The position numbers and the translations under genes were made by a program. The notes beneath the pieces were generated by a model that had not been told where the DNA came from, made no database searches, and saw only the letters and a list, made by a program, of their open reading frames with translations. Shown here piece after piece: positions 37,901-49,031 of a stretch of DNA of 64,000 nt; within the stretch, counting starts at the first letter, position 1; each line of letters starts with the position of its first letter. The DNA is from Catajapyx aquilonaris (lineage: Eukaryota), in NCBI GenBank assembly GCA_000934665.2, contig JYFJ02000087.1:1-64000 (forward strand), read 5' to 3'.

Positions 37901-40900
37901 GCCGCACTTGAATTCTATTTACTTATGTGATGAGTTTTTGTATATAGCACGGCCAACAGTTCACTGTATGCAATTTTGAAATTACATTACATAAAGAAAA
38001 ATGTGCTTCATTTTAAAATTTTCTAATTGTTAAAAAAAACTAGGCAATCACTATCATGCTGTAGCATTAAGAGGATTGGCTCCCAGAAATTTTCACGTGA
38101 ATCAAGCCAATCTGGAGATACTCAATGGCATCGTCATCTTTCTTTACGATTCGGCACGTAAAAGAAACCGATCGTCTCGCAGCCCGAGTATTGAACCATT
38201 AAAACACGGCAATTCCTCGCAAAGATTGCGGATAATGTTATTACCCCCTTCTGAATAATTCATCTCGAGTCTCTTTCAGCGCCACCATTTAGACCATCTC
38301 ATCAGCCAGTTTCGATAAGCAAATGTGTATGGCCCGGTCCAATTCGCAAAATTGTGGCCCCTGCTTTGGTAAAAAAAAAATGAAGCAACTTCGCCGCCAT
38401 ATCAAATAAAAAGCAAACTTTTTTCCCTCCAAAATATGCCACGACACCCATCGACATTATGCAAAACTGGTCATGACTGCAGACTGTAGGGAACAGTGTT
38501 ACGCGCAGTTGTAAGTGGTAGCTAGAAGGGAAAAAAAGTGGTGGGGCATGTGGTCGAAGTGGAAGCGACAGGGCGTGGTGAGAAGCGGCTTTTGTGGTCT
38601 GGCGAAAAGTGTCATCCAGGAGGGCAAATTAGGTTTGCAGCGTGCTCAAGCTCCTCTCATCTATCGACTGTCTTTCGCTCCTTCAACACTACCAGAAACA
38701 GCAGCGTCTTTCAACTTTCAAGTAAAAAATTTCAATTCAAAAAAAGCCATCTTAGAATCACCATACTTTCTGAACACTACACTTGATAAAGTCAGCGCTA
38801 TCTTTGAGCCCAAACATGTAAAGCGTATGATAATAGCTATCCTCCCAGCCGAAAAAAAAACACACGAAACGGCGCAATAAACCGGGCTGAAAAGAAAAGC
38901 CAAAGGAGCCTTCTTTAATCTCTTTTCAATCTTGTTTGCGTCCTCAATAGCTCCCCCCAAAAGAGCTTTGCCGTTGGACTCAAATGGTCCATGAAGGATT
39001 CCCAGGCCTGATTCGTATACACGTAGAGGGCCATCCGTTAAAATAGCCCTCTTCACCTCAGGGTTTTGATCAGTTCGTCTATCACCAAAAAGTTTTGGCC
39101 CTTGTTTTCTCTAATGGCTGGCTCAGAACAATCAACCCTGCAAGCACCAACCTTTTCGACATTTGGCTCTTTTTCTTGGAAAGCGCCAAAATTGTTCCGA
39201 AACTCAGGCTGGAGCTTGACTTATTTATGAGTCCAGGAATAAGGAGGCGAGAAAGGTAATGGCTGAGAGCTGGTATTATTGTTATTATTCCAGCTCCGTA
39301 ATGGGCAACTTGAGAAGAGGGAGGGGCCAAGAGGCTTTTGGGATGGGGCTCCGGAGGCTGTGCTTTGGGCTCCGGGGAGCTCCGGAAATGAAACGGTAAA
39401 CGGTCGTGTGCGGAGGGAAAATTCACTTAGGAGCTAGTTGGGAAAATTCCATCCGAGAAAGTGTTGCTCGGTTTGTTTTTGTTCAGGCAACGGTCCAGTT
39501 ACAAACAGTTGCTCTACAAGTGTATCACCGAAAAAAAAATGTAGCGTGCATAAATTATACATGCTGCAGCACAAAGTGTTGAAATGATGCTCCATCATGG
39601 CCTGTGCTATTATTGCGGCCGTCCATTTTTCCCGTAGTGGAATGGGCGTCTTTGAATTATCCATTGCGGCGGCGCTGATATTTACTGAGCCATAAGCGGC
39701 CCGGTCCCCTGCCGGAAAATCCGTTTAAAAAGTCCTCCACAAATGTCATTCGTTTGCATCTTGCGTCTCTTGAAAGAAGGCTCCCGAGGCTTTTTCCTGA
39801 GAGGGAAGATTTTCTTTTTCACATGTTTGCGTCTTTTCCCTTCCTAACCAAGAAAAGTTTTTTTTTGGGGGGGGGACCAATTTATGGCGCTAGCAGCGCC
39901 TTCTGGACTAATGATTCAGCTCAAAAGTTGCTTCAAGACGCTTATCAATCATGTTGCAGCAAGGCACAAAAAGGTTTATCAAACATGCAGCACCACAAAG
40001 TTTATGCAGAGTGTTGGAAGAAGAAGAAGAAAAAAAAAAATGCAGGTCTGAAGATTCGTATCGAACGTGTTGGCTGCAAGAATCTGTGTCATCTGAGTCA
40101 CGGAATAAAATGAATAGGGTTAACTTTCTGGAGAGTATTAGGCTGTTCCTGAGATCTATATCTGATCGTGACAAAATTCCTACGTCAGTTAAAACCAACA
40201 TTTTTCAACTTAATCTTCGTGAATGATTCTACTCAAGAGCCTTTCGATCATAATGCGTATTTATGAAGCCATGTATAATATTCACATTTAAGAATTTTCC
40301 AGTCGCTTCATCAACCACAGAATGTCAAATTCTGAGCTAGCATGTTTACGTCATGTTTCCGTGGCAACAGCACGTTGGGTATTAATAGGATTTAATTGAA
40401 GTGCGGTACAGTACCTCCGACCCTTGGGTTGTGCATAGATAAATCAGGTTCGGTTAATAATAGGAATAATAGCCTGTACATTCTTCGGATAAAAGTTGGC
40501 AAATCCGTCAGAGAATTAAATAATAAGATAGGTTCTTAATATGCAAAACAAAATCTAATTCAAGCTGATAGAGTATATGATGCGGAGACCCAAACTCGGG
40601 GTATAAGCAGCACACTTGACTTAACATTCCCTCAGTTTGATTTCCCATGTGAACAGGAGGTATAGCCCGGGTGGATATGCACACAGGTATAGTAAAACCA
40701 CAGTTTTTGCCTGAATGCCCACTTGCTGCAGAGACCACGGAAAAAAAACTTGTTACAAATCACTCCATATAAGCACGAGTTTATATGTGATGAATGATGC
40801 AGCTTATACTGTGTATACTATTATAGATGAACGAAAGGCTGTAGACAAAAGCTCCCTCTCATCAACCCCATGCACTGGTTGCGGTAAAGTAGATCACGCA

Positions 40901-43900
40901 CAACAGGGTCGCCTACCCAGATCCGTTCATATCCAATATCCGATATTCCTCATTAAAAGGGCTTATAATCGGCAGTAATGGAATAATTAGCCGCACAAAA
41001 GGCAGCATTTTTCCAAGGCGACTTGCATGACGAGCAGGTGATTCAATTAGCACGTGTTATCGCACGAACCGCGACGCTGCGGTACGTCCCTGTCCAATGA
41101 CGCAGAATGTAGTGTATACATGCTCCATACAAAATCCGCAATGACTTTTCTTTGCACTCTGCATTTGAAGCACGCCTCAGCCGCTGGGAAAGCAGCACGA
41201 AATGAAAATGCCACCGTGTAACATTTCCATTCTTGGGCGTACGTGGACCACGCCATCCTGGACACCATTTACGAAGGCGAAATGAAATGTCAAAGAGGCG
41301 ACGAGGAGGCGACCTCTCCGACTAAATGAGCCTCCCCAATGTGCAAAATTAATTCTGGGAGCCCACCATTCGCGACAACAAAATTGCACGCCCACCACCT
41401 CTTTTGGAAGTCACTTTGCACCCTTGACGCATACTGAAAACTCATATATTCCGGTTCTTAGAGATGGGCTCATACATGGCTACCTCCGCCTCTCCAAAAA
41501 AAGAGACTCTAGAGGTAACCTGAGTCAAAAAAGGAAAAGAGGTGGAGCTGCTGGGATCTCTGTTATCCACCGTTAAAGCAGGGTGTTCCCTTGTGAAGGA
41601 AGGCCGGGCCGCTGCCAAGTCTTTTGTTATGTAAAAGCGGAAACCCTATATCTTTTTGCGGAGAAACTGCGCTACCTACCGAGCTCCCAAGAATGGAGGA
41701 AAAGTACAGTGCCCTGAACATGCAATCAGGCTTGACAGTTTTCCTTTTCAGAGCTCACGCAAGGTATGAAGATGATTTCAAGCTCGTGCGGGTACCGTCG
41801 CCGCTAATTTAAAATAAATCCACATAATCCTGTCGTACCACACACACACACCTACCACCTACACCTACACACACAGACACCACAGGGCAGATTCGCCGAG
41901 GTGTGAAGGAGACAGGAATGTGGCTGCGGTTGGCTTTTGTGCTGCCAGGGACAAAAGGAAGCCGCTCAATTCCGACACCAATTTTCCGGCCGGTTATATA
42001 GAGCCCACTAACTAATTCGGGATAAGATCTGGAGCAGCTGACCACACGGGGGCAAGTCACCCGGCTGACCGCTCCACTGATTCATGGTACAAACAGAAAC
42101 CCGGTTCAAAGCAGGAGTCATTACGGCTAATGAAGTTAATTCCAACTTCAAATAAACTATTTTCCGCGACGCTGTATTTCTACAGGGATGATGATGCCGA
42201 CAAACATTTTAAAATACAGAGGTGTCGATTACTTTACAACATTATTGCCAGTCTGTAGATTCCTCGGAATATTGGAAAATGCAGCGGTTACTGAATATCC
42301 CTAATGTGATTAACCCAGCATCCAGGCAAAAACATGAGTGCAATATCCGATACATAAGTTAACATAATATTTCCCTTTTCAACACCACCGTACAGTGCAA
42401 ATTATAGTTTTGCATAACGCACCTGCACCAAAACACTACCAATTTCAAGGCCAGAAACGTTAGGCAAAAAAAAAAGCAGGCGTCCATAGCGTATCCATGC
42501 AAATGGGTGCCAGGGAGAGGAGAGCCAAAGTAAAACAAAAACAGTGAGAAAAAAAAAGAGGACCTGGCGGCAACAATGACAGATAGGCGCGAATGGCTGC
42601 ATATTCGGTGTCTGCGGAATAATGGAGGCTTATAATGGGCGGCGGGGGCTAAATCCCCGTTGGTCCCGGCCTGGTTATTTGGGGAAAGGGCATCGGGGGC
42701 CTGCCTCGGGGCTCGTTATCTACTGTGGTGGGGGGGGGGGGGGNCAACCGGGTCACCGCTTTTCTCCATTCAATTGCCACTACCACTACTCTTGCGGGCT
42801 ATTTTCTTCCCCCCCCCCCCTCCTCCGACCTATACCCTCCGATTAGGAATGACTAACAAGCGAACTCGTATATCGGACACACGGTACCAATAGATTTCGA
42901 GTGGGGGACCATTCCTGCCAATTTGCCTGGTACTGTACGGTCCTCAGGGATAGAAAAAAACTTCAGTGAAACATAGGTCGGACGATTGAAATTTTTTTTT
43001 ATCGAGATGGATCAGGTTTTAGTTAATAAGGGCACGTCCGCAGATACGCGGGGGTGTAAACACAATTTTCTGGAGGCGACGGTGGAACGGATGTCGCCAT
43101 TTCATAAGGCTTCTTGGGGGCCATGTTTACAGGCCGACAAAATTGGTCGCCTTCAGTACACACTGCCGACGAGAAGGACTAGAAAACACATTTCGGACTT
43201 ACGAAGACGACGACGACGAAGAAGAAACCAGGACTCTTCTTTTTTTCCCCCTTCCTTGGCACTCGGAAGGAAACGGATAGAAGAAGAAGAAAAAAAAATT
43301 ACAGGTAAAATCCGGCCTGGAAATTTCAATCGCACTGGAGTGTCGATGGTGGGAAAATTCACAGTCCAAGATCTATCGACCGAGATGGGATTTTTTTTCC
43401 CCTCTTCTCTTTGGTCGATACCCTTTTTACACCCGGTGTAAAAGGGGGGGCAGGTGTTGGGACCATCCTGCCGTGTCGCAAAGCTCGCAAATTAATGTTC
43501 CAACAGACATGACCCAACACGTGAAAATCCAAGCTCCCTACGATTCGTGAATAAACCAAAGCTCACAGAAGCCATTTGAAATCCTTTACCAAAACTGTAA
43601 AAAGTAAATGGTGTAAGCAGTCACTATCCCATGGGAACACTACATAATGTGATTATTAATAAGTCATAAGAATACTGTAGAGTATTATTAGACTCACGAG
43701 GTCATTTTGCTGTTCGTTTCAGTAACACTTGGAAAGATCCTGTTAATTATTGCACAAGTTGTACTGTAAATGCCTCAAAATATTTTTCTTGAAACATGAT
43801 GTGTCCGACATGTAGGAGGCTAGGCTGGGTTAAAGCCACGACTTCTATTTCCAAATGACATTTCAGTAAGACGTCTTCTCTACATGAAAATTAGCGGGTG

Positions 43901-46900
43901 TGTGTCAGACGCGTCCAAATTACCGTCCTCCTAAATTTGCCCTCAGGTTAGGGGAGGACTTGAGCGCTGAACTTCCTCGTCATTTCCTATGGGATGTAGC
44001 AAACTACCGCCTTGACGACTTATTACAAGTGACGGGTTTCGGACAGCGGAGACTTTTGCTGCGGCTTGCGGCTCTTCATGTCGCACGCTCCGAGGATTGC
44101 CCTGAATTACTTTAATTAAGGGGGATGTACTTTGGAGCAAACCGACGCCAAGCATTTGACCTGACCCTACCTTGGTATCAAAAGGACACCTCACATTCTA
44201 GATGCGAACTCCATTTCTTTTGTTGGAATCCACCCCTTTCCTCCTTTTTTCTGGAAAGAAGTTAGACCCCTTTTAATAAATTTACTGCGCCCTCGGGCAG
44301 CCCCCCAGCAGACACCCTACCAAATTAACGCTTCCAGTGTAGAGGCGGCCCCGCTTTAATATACTACATGTACTTGGGGAGAGCCTTTTGGCAATTGAGA
44401 AAGAGAACTTGTGGCGGACCCAATTGTCGTCCTTCTTCTTGCGGTGAGGGAGGATGTAAGGGCCAATTGCACTAATGCGCTGAGAGACTAATCGAGTAGA
44501 TCTCTGGGGCGGAAACACTCTGGGTTTAAGTCCGATTCTTCGTCATTTTTCCTGACGCCACTTCATTTCAAAATGGAGCATCTCGTTAACTAATAGCTTG
44601 CTCAACTCGAAATGGGCATATTCCGCAAAATTTTGCACTAAAATATATGTAATAAAAGAACTAATCTTCCAAATGTACCTGCATATCGAAGCAGAATTTT
44701 TGGCAACAATTGATTAGCACGTTTCAAAAAAATAGCAGATTTCACATTAACTAATGTGAGTTGCCCAGCTGGATGCTTCCGTTTAAATCGTGCGAAAAAT
44801 CGCAGATTTTATTACGCAAAATTTCCCTGCCTAAAACGTGCATGCCACGTGCCAAGTAGGTGGAAATACCGACCTTTTATCCCAAGAATGACCCGCCGTG
44901 TCAGTCGGCGATGTTGCCTGGGGGTCACCCCCGGCTAGTGACCTGACTCTACAGTCCGGGCAAAGACAAACCTCCGTCCCTTATATTCGGGCCCGTCCGA
45001 ACCGTATAAGCGCCACGGTCCCACTGGCTCGAGCGCCAAAACTGCCCGCCAGCTTCCGTCTCCCTAAACTGCCAGACCTGGAAATAACTCGCTCACCTAA
45101 AACCCAACCCCTAATAGTACCCAGGATTCCTCGCATTACTGCATGCGCACTGACAGGTTTTAGCAAGAGCGCAAGTTGGGAGGGTGCACAAATATTAGTA
45201 ATAGCACTAAGGCGTTGCTTACATTGATTACTCTGTACTGTAGCATTTCCACCTCGAAGCGGAATTTCTCCGGTGGTAAAACTTTGTCTGCGGGTGGTGT
45301 TCTGGAGGATGGTGAAAATAAATCCGGGCCTAATGCAGGGTGCTGGTTGGAAAAAGAATGTTCTTGATACGGCAAGAAGTAGTGGTGCTAGTTTTAGAGT
45401 GATCCATTTATCTCTTCGCATTGTGGGTCCAGCTTTTTGGAAGGTGGCGACAGCAAGAGAGATGGTGGGAGGAAAAAAAGCTCAAGGCCTGGAATTAATG
45501 AGCTTTCACTGTGACTCCGTCCATTTTTAGTGGTTCTGTCACCTCAAATAGGACGCTTGGACATATAACTAGATGGGAGTTGACCAAAAAAAAAACAACG
45601 CGACCGCAATTGTTAAAATCAATTTGGCGCCGCAAGTTTGGAAATGTAATAATAATTGTACTAGACAGACCAATTTGACTCTTTTTTTTCCACACCCACT
45701 GTCCCACGGGTGCTGTATTGGTTTTCCGTGTCGTGCATTAGTGTCCACACGTTTTTTCCCCGTCCCCACAAAACATCAACGGGATTAAAGTCAACAATCG
45801 CTGATTGTCGTAATTGCCGCGATTACACCACCACCATAGCTATTACCACCTTCCCCCCCAGAAATTTACCGGAGCATTATCGACACAACTCGGCCTTCTG
45901 CATTTTTAATAAATTACCCAATGCGACGCTAGCGAAAAGCAAAAAAAAAAAAAAAATCGCAAATTCCGCAAGTTTCCTTGGCGACTGCGGCATCCCACAC
46001 GGCCCGGGTATAATAAGAGAGAAAAGGGAGCTTGCTGGGTTGGGATGCTGGGAGGGATCCTTTTAATTAAAGCAGTGGAAAGATGAGGAGCAAGCAGGTG
46101 GCCACTCTTTATTTATTCCTTCTCTTTCCCAGAATCCCCCCCTAGTTTGATTAAGGCTCGCGTCACGTCTCGACAATATTTCCCATTTGACGCCAATCGG
46201 CAAGCGCGCTCCAGCTGGATTATACTGCAGTGTTAGCCCGTACCCTACCTGAATCCCCAAATATCTTAAAGTGATATAAATACCTGATTTAAATTATATA
46301 ACACTTAAAGGTGGATGGGCCGAATTTCGAAAATTTCTGGTATGATTAAATGAATTGTGAGCCAAAGTTGGGAAACATGTCAAAATGCAGTGCGCCTAGA
46401 GTGCTCGCAACACAGCCGCACAAGAGAGCCGCATGGGTTACCCGCACGTCAGGATGAGTCGACAGGGTGAGGAAATGAGTGTGCTTGCCAGAGAGGCATG
46501 TCAAGAGAGCATGAGTCACCCCTTGGTAAGACATATTACCAGTCGGAAACAGCTGGTACTGATGGGGGATCCATATCAGGTCCACCCAAGTAAGAATCGG
46601 CCCTTGGAAGTTCGATTTTTTTTAAAAACATCCTATTGTGAAATGGAGTTGGGCCACAAATGCCCCCAAGGTGGGCCTTAGTTCGGGAGAGGCCAATTTG
46701 AATCCGTGCCCGGTAATGAAGCGGCCGAGTGGAGTTCTATCTCCGATAGGTGCCGGGGCTAACGGCTTCTTCCGGCTAATAAGACCGATGCGGGCCCTGC
46801 CTTATAATCACCTGACGACCCATAAATTCCGTCCTCTAACCGACCCCTGTCCAAACATTATGCTTCCGTAATAGGGCATTTCACCTCGTCTCGTCCTGAC

Positions 46901-49031
46901 GAATGGCGCGTCTGGGCACATATAAATCCATATTCCTACCTTCCCCTCTACTTCAACTCTTTTTATCGTTTCATGAAATGAGGCCTTCAGGGAACATAGT
47001 AGGAAACCATATTGCGGATATTACCTGAGCCATTTTGAGTGGCAAGTATTTCAAGAGTGGCATATACCTCATACAGTGCTGCAAGTGTATTAGCAACAAA
47101 CTTACATGTTAAAACTATGGGGAAAATACTGGACAATCAGTTGGCAGAATCAGCACGATTCGCCAGTTAACCCCTGGTAAGAAAAACAAACAATAACTTT
47201 TATGGAACTTGGCCCAACAACAGTGGTCATATTGACAGATCATGCTAGTATTGCATTATTCCTGTTCCTCTTTGCTTCATAGCATTTTTATTAGTCGCCA
47301 CTCGAGAGTGGTCGCACACACAGTCCACACAAAATTGAGTTAATTAAGTCCAGTATTTGCGCAGGGAAATATCCTGCCACTTTCCCCATGTCAAATCATT
47401 TTAACTTTTGAATGTGGCAACAGAAAGCGGCCAAATATTTTCAGAGCAGGCGCATCACAATCATGAGGTTAATTTATGATCTCTATATTGCCTATATCAT
47501 CACATTTCCTTGTGCATGAGATAGACAGCGTAAGTTAAATCACAAATCTGAAACAAGCTAAATCTGGAAAATCACTACTTTGTGCTGATTACTGGGAATA
47601 ATTATACGCTTCTGTAAAGTAGACATCGCCTGATGCGTCTTGGATAGACGGAAATGAATCCCAAATTTGTTGGGAATTTTGACTCCTCCGAGAATTTCCG
47701 AAATATCAAGGATGAATGTGACGTTTCCGCGGAAAATTGCGGAATTCCCATTAGAACTTGGTGTCCCGGGTACATATCTGCAAGATTTCCTTGTAGTGTG
47801 GCGCACTTCCCCCACTTCCTCCCCCCGATGACTTCCAGAGGCCTTATATCATCTCATAGACAAGCCAACATAATAATGGCCCTTTTGGGGATTAAGAATC
47901 TTCCGTGAGCCGCAATCCCGCCGAGAATATTCCTTGGCAGAGGGCTTATCAGTAGCTTCACAGGCCACTGCTTTTCGCCACGGGAGACTCCCTCCAAAAG
48001 TTTTTACCCTGCCAGCCCAAAACTTTTTGATTCAGAAGGGATGGAAACTGGAGCAGCATATTTCTTTAAGAAACTTGCCGAAATAACCCCGATGGAAAAT
48101 ATTCTTTATCGTAATAAACCATCTCGCAATTTTTCATAATTTCACCGTCAAGTGCTCGAGTGCATTAATTTAAATTAGTCTGAGTGGAGGTCCTAATTAT
48201 AGGAGTTCATCCTATAGTTGGCCTGAATCGACACCCTGCAGCTATAGAACAACAAGTACAAAAAAAACGCATGCACTACAGCAATGTAATGGATCAGCGG
48301 ACAATGTTTCTGCCAAGCGGAACTCATTTTGTCCGCCTCTGACAAATGCACCCCCTCTGGGTGACTTATCTGAGGTCTGAACTCGGATTCGATATTGCGT
48401 CTCACTTTTATTTTTCTGAGGGTAGGTCCTCTCTCTGCGGAGCTTTGCCAATAATTCTCATCTACGACTACAAGTGTTTTGGGAGGAGGAGACGCTCTAT
48501 TTTTTGTCCTATTTTTTCTTACATGTAACCGACATTATTTTTTTCGACCTGTCGTTAAGATGGCCACTGTGGAATACCCAAATTGCAGATCGAACTCGTT
48601 AATTTTTTTTTGCGACCTGAGCTGGGTGGTGGGAGAGAAGCGGCACTCGGTTCATTTCCTGAATGCCCCTCATCATTTCCAACGGAGGAAATTGCTCGCC
48701 TGTGTCAATATGAAGCCTCTAATTTCTCATGGAACGTGGTCCACCTTCGCAACCTTCCCCCGCCCGCCGGTGATAAAATGTGGGAAATTCGTAGAGGCTA
48801 ATAAAATGTAGTGCTCGGGGAAAGTTAATCATTTTTTTTTTGTGGGATATAGGAAGGACTCGACTGGATCGAGTTATAATTCGGCTGCACGAAAGGCGAT
48901 TGTTGCAGTGTGTGACGTGAGCAGCGTGTGCGATGAGAGATTGACAGTACCTTTATTTGATGGAGCTTGACCCGCACGAACTCTGCCCTGCTGGCCTGGT
49001 CGGATCCAACCACAGGAAACGACCCCACATA
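1726..49031 (-). CDS. EGFRAP: Spliced gene (5'-partial): PTB + SH2 adaptor, SH2D5/EGFRAP family; join(49031-48951,31387-31313,22676-22530,5261-5004,4220-3930,3872-3466,2514-2001,1935-1726)
   Basis: The exons join into one 660-aa open frame with GT-AG introns (phases 0,0,0,0,0,2,0). The N-part, YVGSFPV...VISLAGIKVCSPDGKSVYMAHALRRISYATCDP...QFSFLAREPR...YCHTF...AEELNSIVGNAFRMAY, matches the SH2D5-type PTB as I recall it. The C-part is an SH2 domain (WFQAGIPREIALEVL...GAFMVRES...HHSVMPELLPCPL) typical of EGFRAP/PVRAP/SH2D5. Orthology is recognised from memory, not searched. Confidence 0.9.
2001..2514 (-). CDS. EGFRAP: Coding exon, polyproline tract and N-terminal part of the SH2 domain
   Basis: Acceptor ccttgctccctgcag|A, donor AAG|gtgggt. 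514 nt, phase 2/0. Encodes P11-L-P5 followed by WFQAGIPRE...GAFMVRES (FLVRES-type signature). Confidence 0.93.
3466..3872 (-). CDS. EGFRAP: Coding exon, linker (PPKPTSIPG...SYKRLVDKPPLIKRFTMG...DVDAK)
   Basis: Follows a 57-nt intron (gtgaga...ctaat...cctcag). Donor AG|gttagc. 407 nt, phase 0/2, matching the phase-2 acceptor at 2514. Confidence 0.85.
3930..4220 (-). CDS. EGFRAP: Coding exon, His/Gln-rich low-complexity linker
   Basis: Acceptor cctaattttctggaaag|GCG with a branch-like ctaat, donor AAG|gtgaga. 291 nt, phase 0/0. Overlaps ORF 3891..4211. Confidence 0.82.
4767..4817. promoter_or_regulatory. Cluster of three CCAAT boxes, a CRE-like TTACGTCA and a plus-strand TATAAA
   Basis: CCAAT at 4770, 4780 and 4797 (AGCCAATCA is an optimal NF-Y match), TTACGTCA at 4784-4791, TATAAA at 4812-4817. 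Function is not demonstrated. Confidence 0.4.
4821..4990. repeat. 20-bp minisatellite (TATCGATATYCATAMATGCA) x about 6.5, plus one inverted copy
   Basis: Units start at 4851, 4871, 4891, 4911, 4931, 4951 and 4971 (partial). 4821-4843 is the exact reverse complement of cataaatgcatatcgatattcat. Confidence 0.95.
5004..5261 (-). CDS. EGFRAP: Coding exon, PTB C-terminal helix (AEELNSIVGNAFRMAYAAQLQ) plus Ala/Thr/Ser-rich linker
   Basis: Acceptor ttttgttgtttgcgcag|GCG, donor TGG|gtacgt at 5004 (258 nt, phase 0). An alternative in-frame donor AAG|gtattg lies at 5175. Confidence 0.85.
7653..7846. mobile_element. Degenerate pogo/Tigger-like MITE
   Basis: Left end caggagggttccgacttacg and right end tgtaagtcggggg are imperfectly inverted. 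ccgagttacgta is repeated internally at 7749 and 7802. Confidence 0.55.
10721..10920. repeat. Degenerate AT-rich tandem repeat, unit about 65-75 bp, about 3 copies
   Basis: tctagcaatatttaattcacgcaatt (10741), tctagcaatattaaattcacacaatt (10816) and a weaker tctggcgatatttcattc (about 10875). Confidence 0.6.
13724..13869 (-). promoter_or_regulatory. Candidate internal promoter and non-coding first exon
   Basis: Inr TCAGTC (A+1 = 13867), near-DPE GGATT at exactly +28 to +32, then an ATG-free 144-nt stretch ending at donor AAG|gtacta (13724). Confidence 0.35.
14730..14749 (-). other. Candidate 20-nt alternative microexon carrying an in-frame start (MEADK)
   Basis: gttttttttccccccag|AGACGATGGAAGCCGACAAA|gtaagt. 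Both splice sites are strong. The ATG at 14744 has A at -3 and G at +4 and is in phase with the exon at 5261. Confidence 0.6.
15613..15790. mobile_element. Degenerate remnant related to the element at 1-96 (opposite orientation)
   Basis: Starts tagtgttgg and carries repeated cagttac/agttac motifs resembling the reverse complement of 1-96. Confidence 0.45.
17551..17690 (-). promoter_or_regulatory. Candidate internal TATA-like + Inr promoter with a short first exon
   Basis: CATAAAAG starts at 17688, exactly 30 nt upstream of the A of Inr TCAGTT (17658). Donors GAG|gtaaag (17578), GTT|gtaagt (17567) and AAA|gtaagt (17551) follow. Confidence 0.45.
22530..22676 (-). CDS. EGFRAP: Coding exon, PTB part 3 (SVYMAHALRRISYATCDPAHLQFSFLAREPRGHFSLQYCHTFLTKNAEQ)
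   Basis: Acceptor cctcgtttcag|AGC, donor CAG|gtaagt. 147 nt, phase 0/0. MAHALRRI is a hallmark of SH2D5-type PTB domains. Confidence 0.95.
30556..30590. repeat. (TCT)n microsatellite
   Basis: About eight tct units. It explains the poly-Glu and poly-Ser runs in the spurious overlapping ORFs. Confidence 0.85.
31313..31387 (-). CDS. EGFRAP: Coding exon, PTB part 2 (GAARKKPVSLVISLAGIKVCSPDGK)
   Basis: Not in the ORF track. Acceptor ttttcttttcag|GGA, donor AAA|gtaagt. 75 nt, phase 0/0. It fills the gap between the flanking PTB exons with the expected V-x-L-x-I-S-x-x-G-I-K-V strands. Confidence 0.92.
33314..33344 (-). other. Candidate 31-nt alternative exon
   Basis: actaatcaatcccacttttcatctag|GGATTCCAAACCACACCTTGTACCTCTTGGG|gtaagg: branch-like ctaat, pyrimidine tract and a strong donor. 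Confidence 0.35.
48951..49031 (-). CDS. EGFRAP: Coding exon, PTB part 1 (YVGSFPVVGSDQASRAEFVRVKLHQIK)
   Basis: Acceptor ttttccattgcag|TAT, donor AAG|gtactg. 81 nt, phase 0/0. The YVGSF motif begins the PTB domain. Confidence 0.9.
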
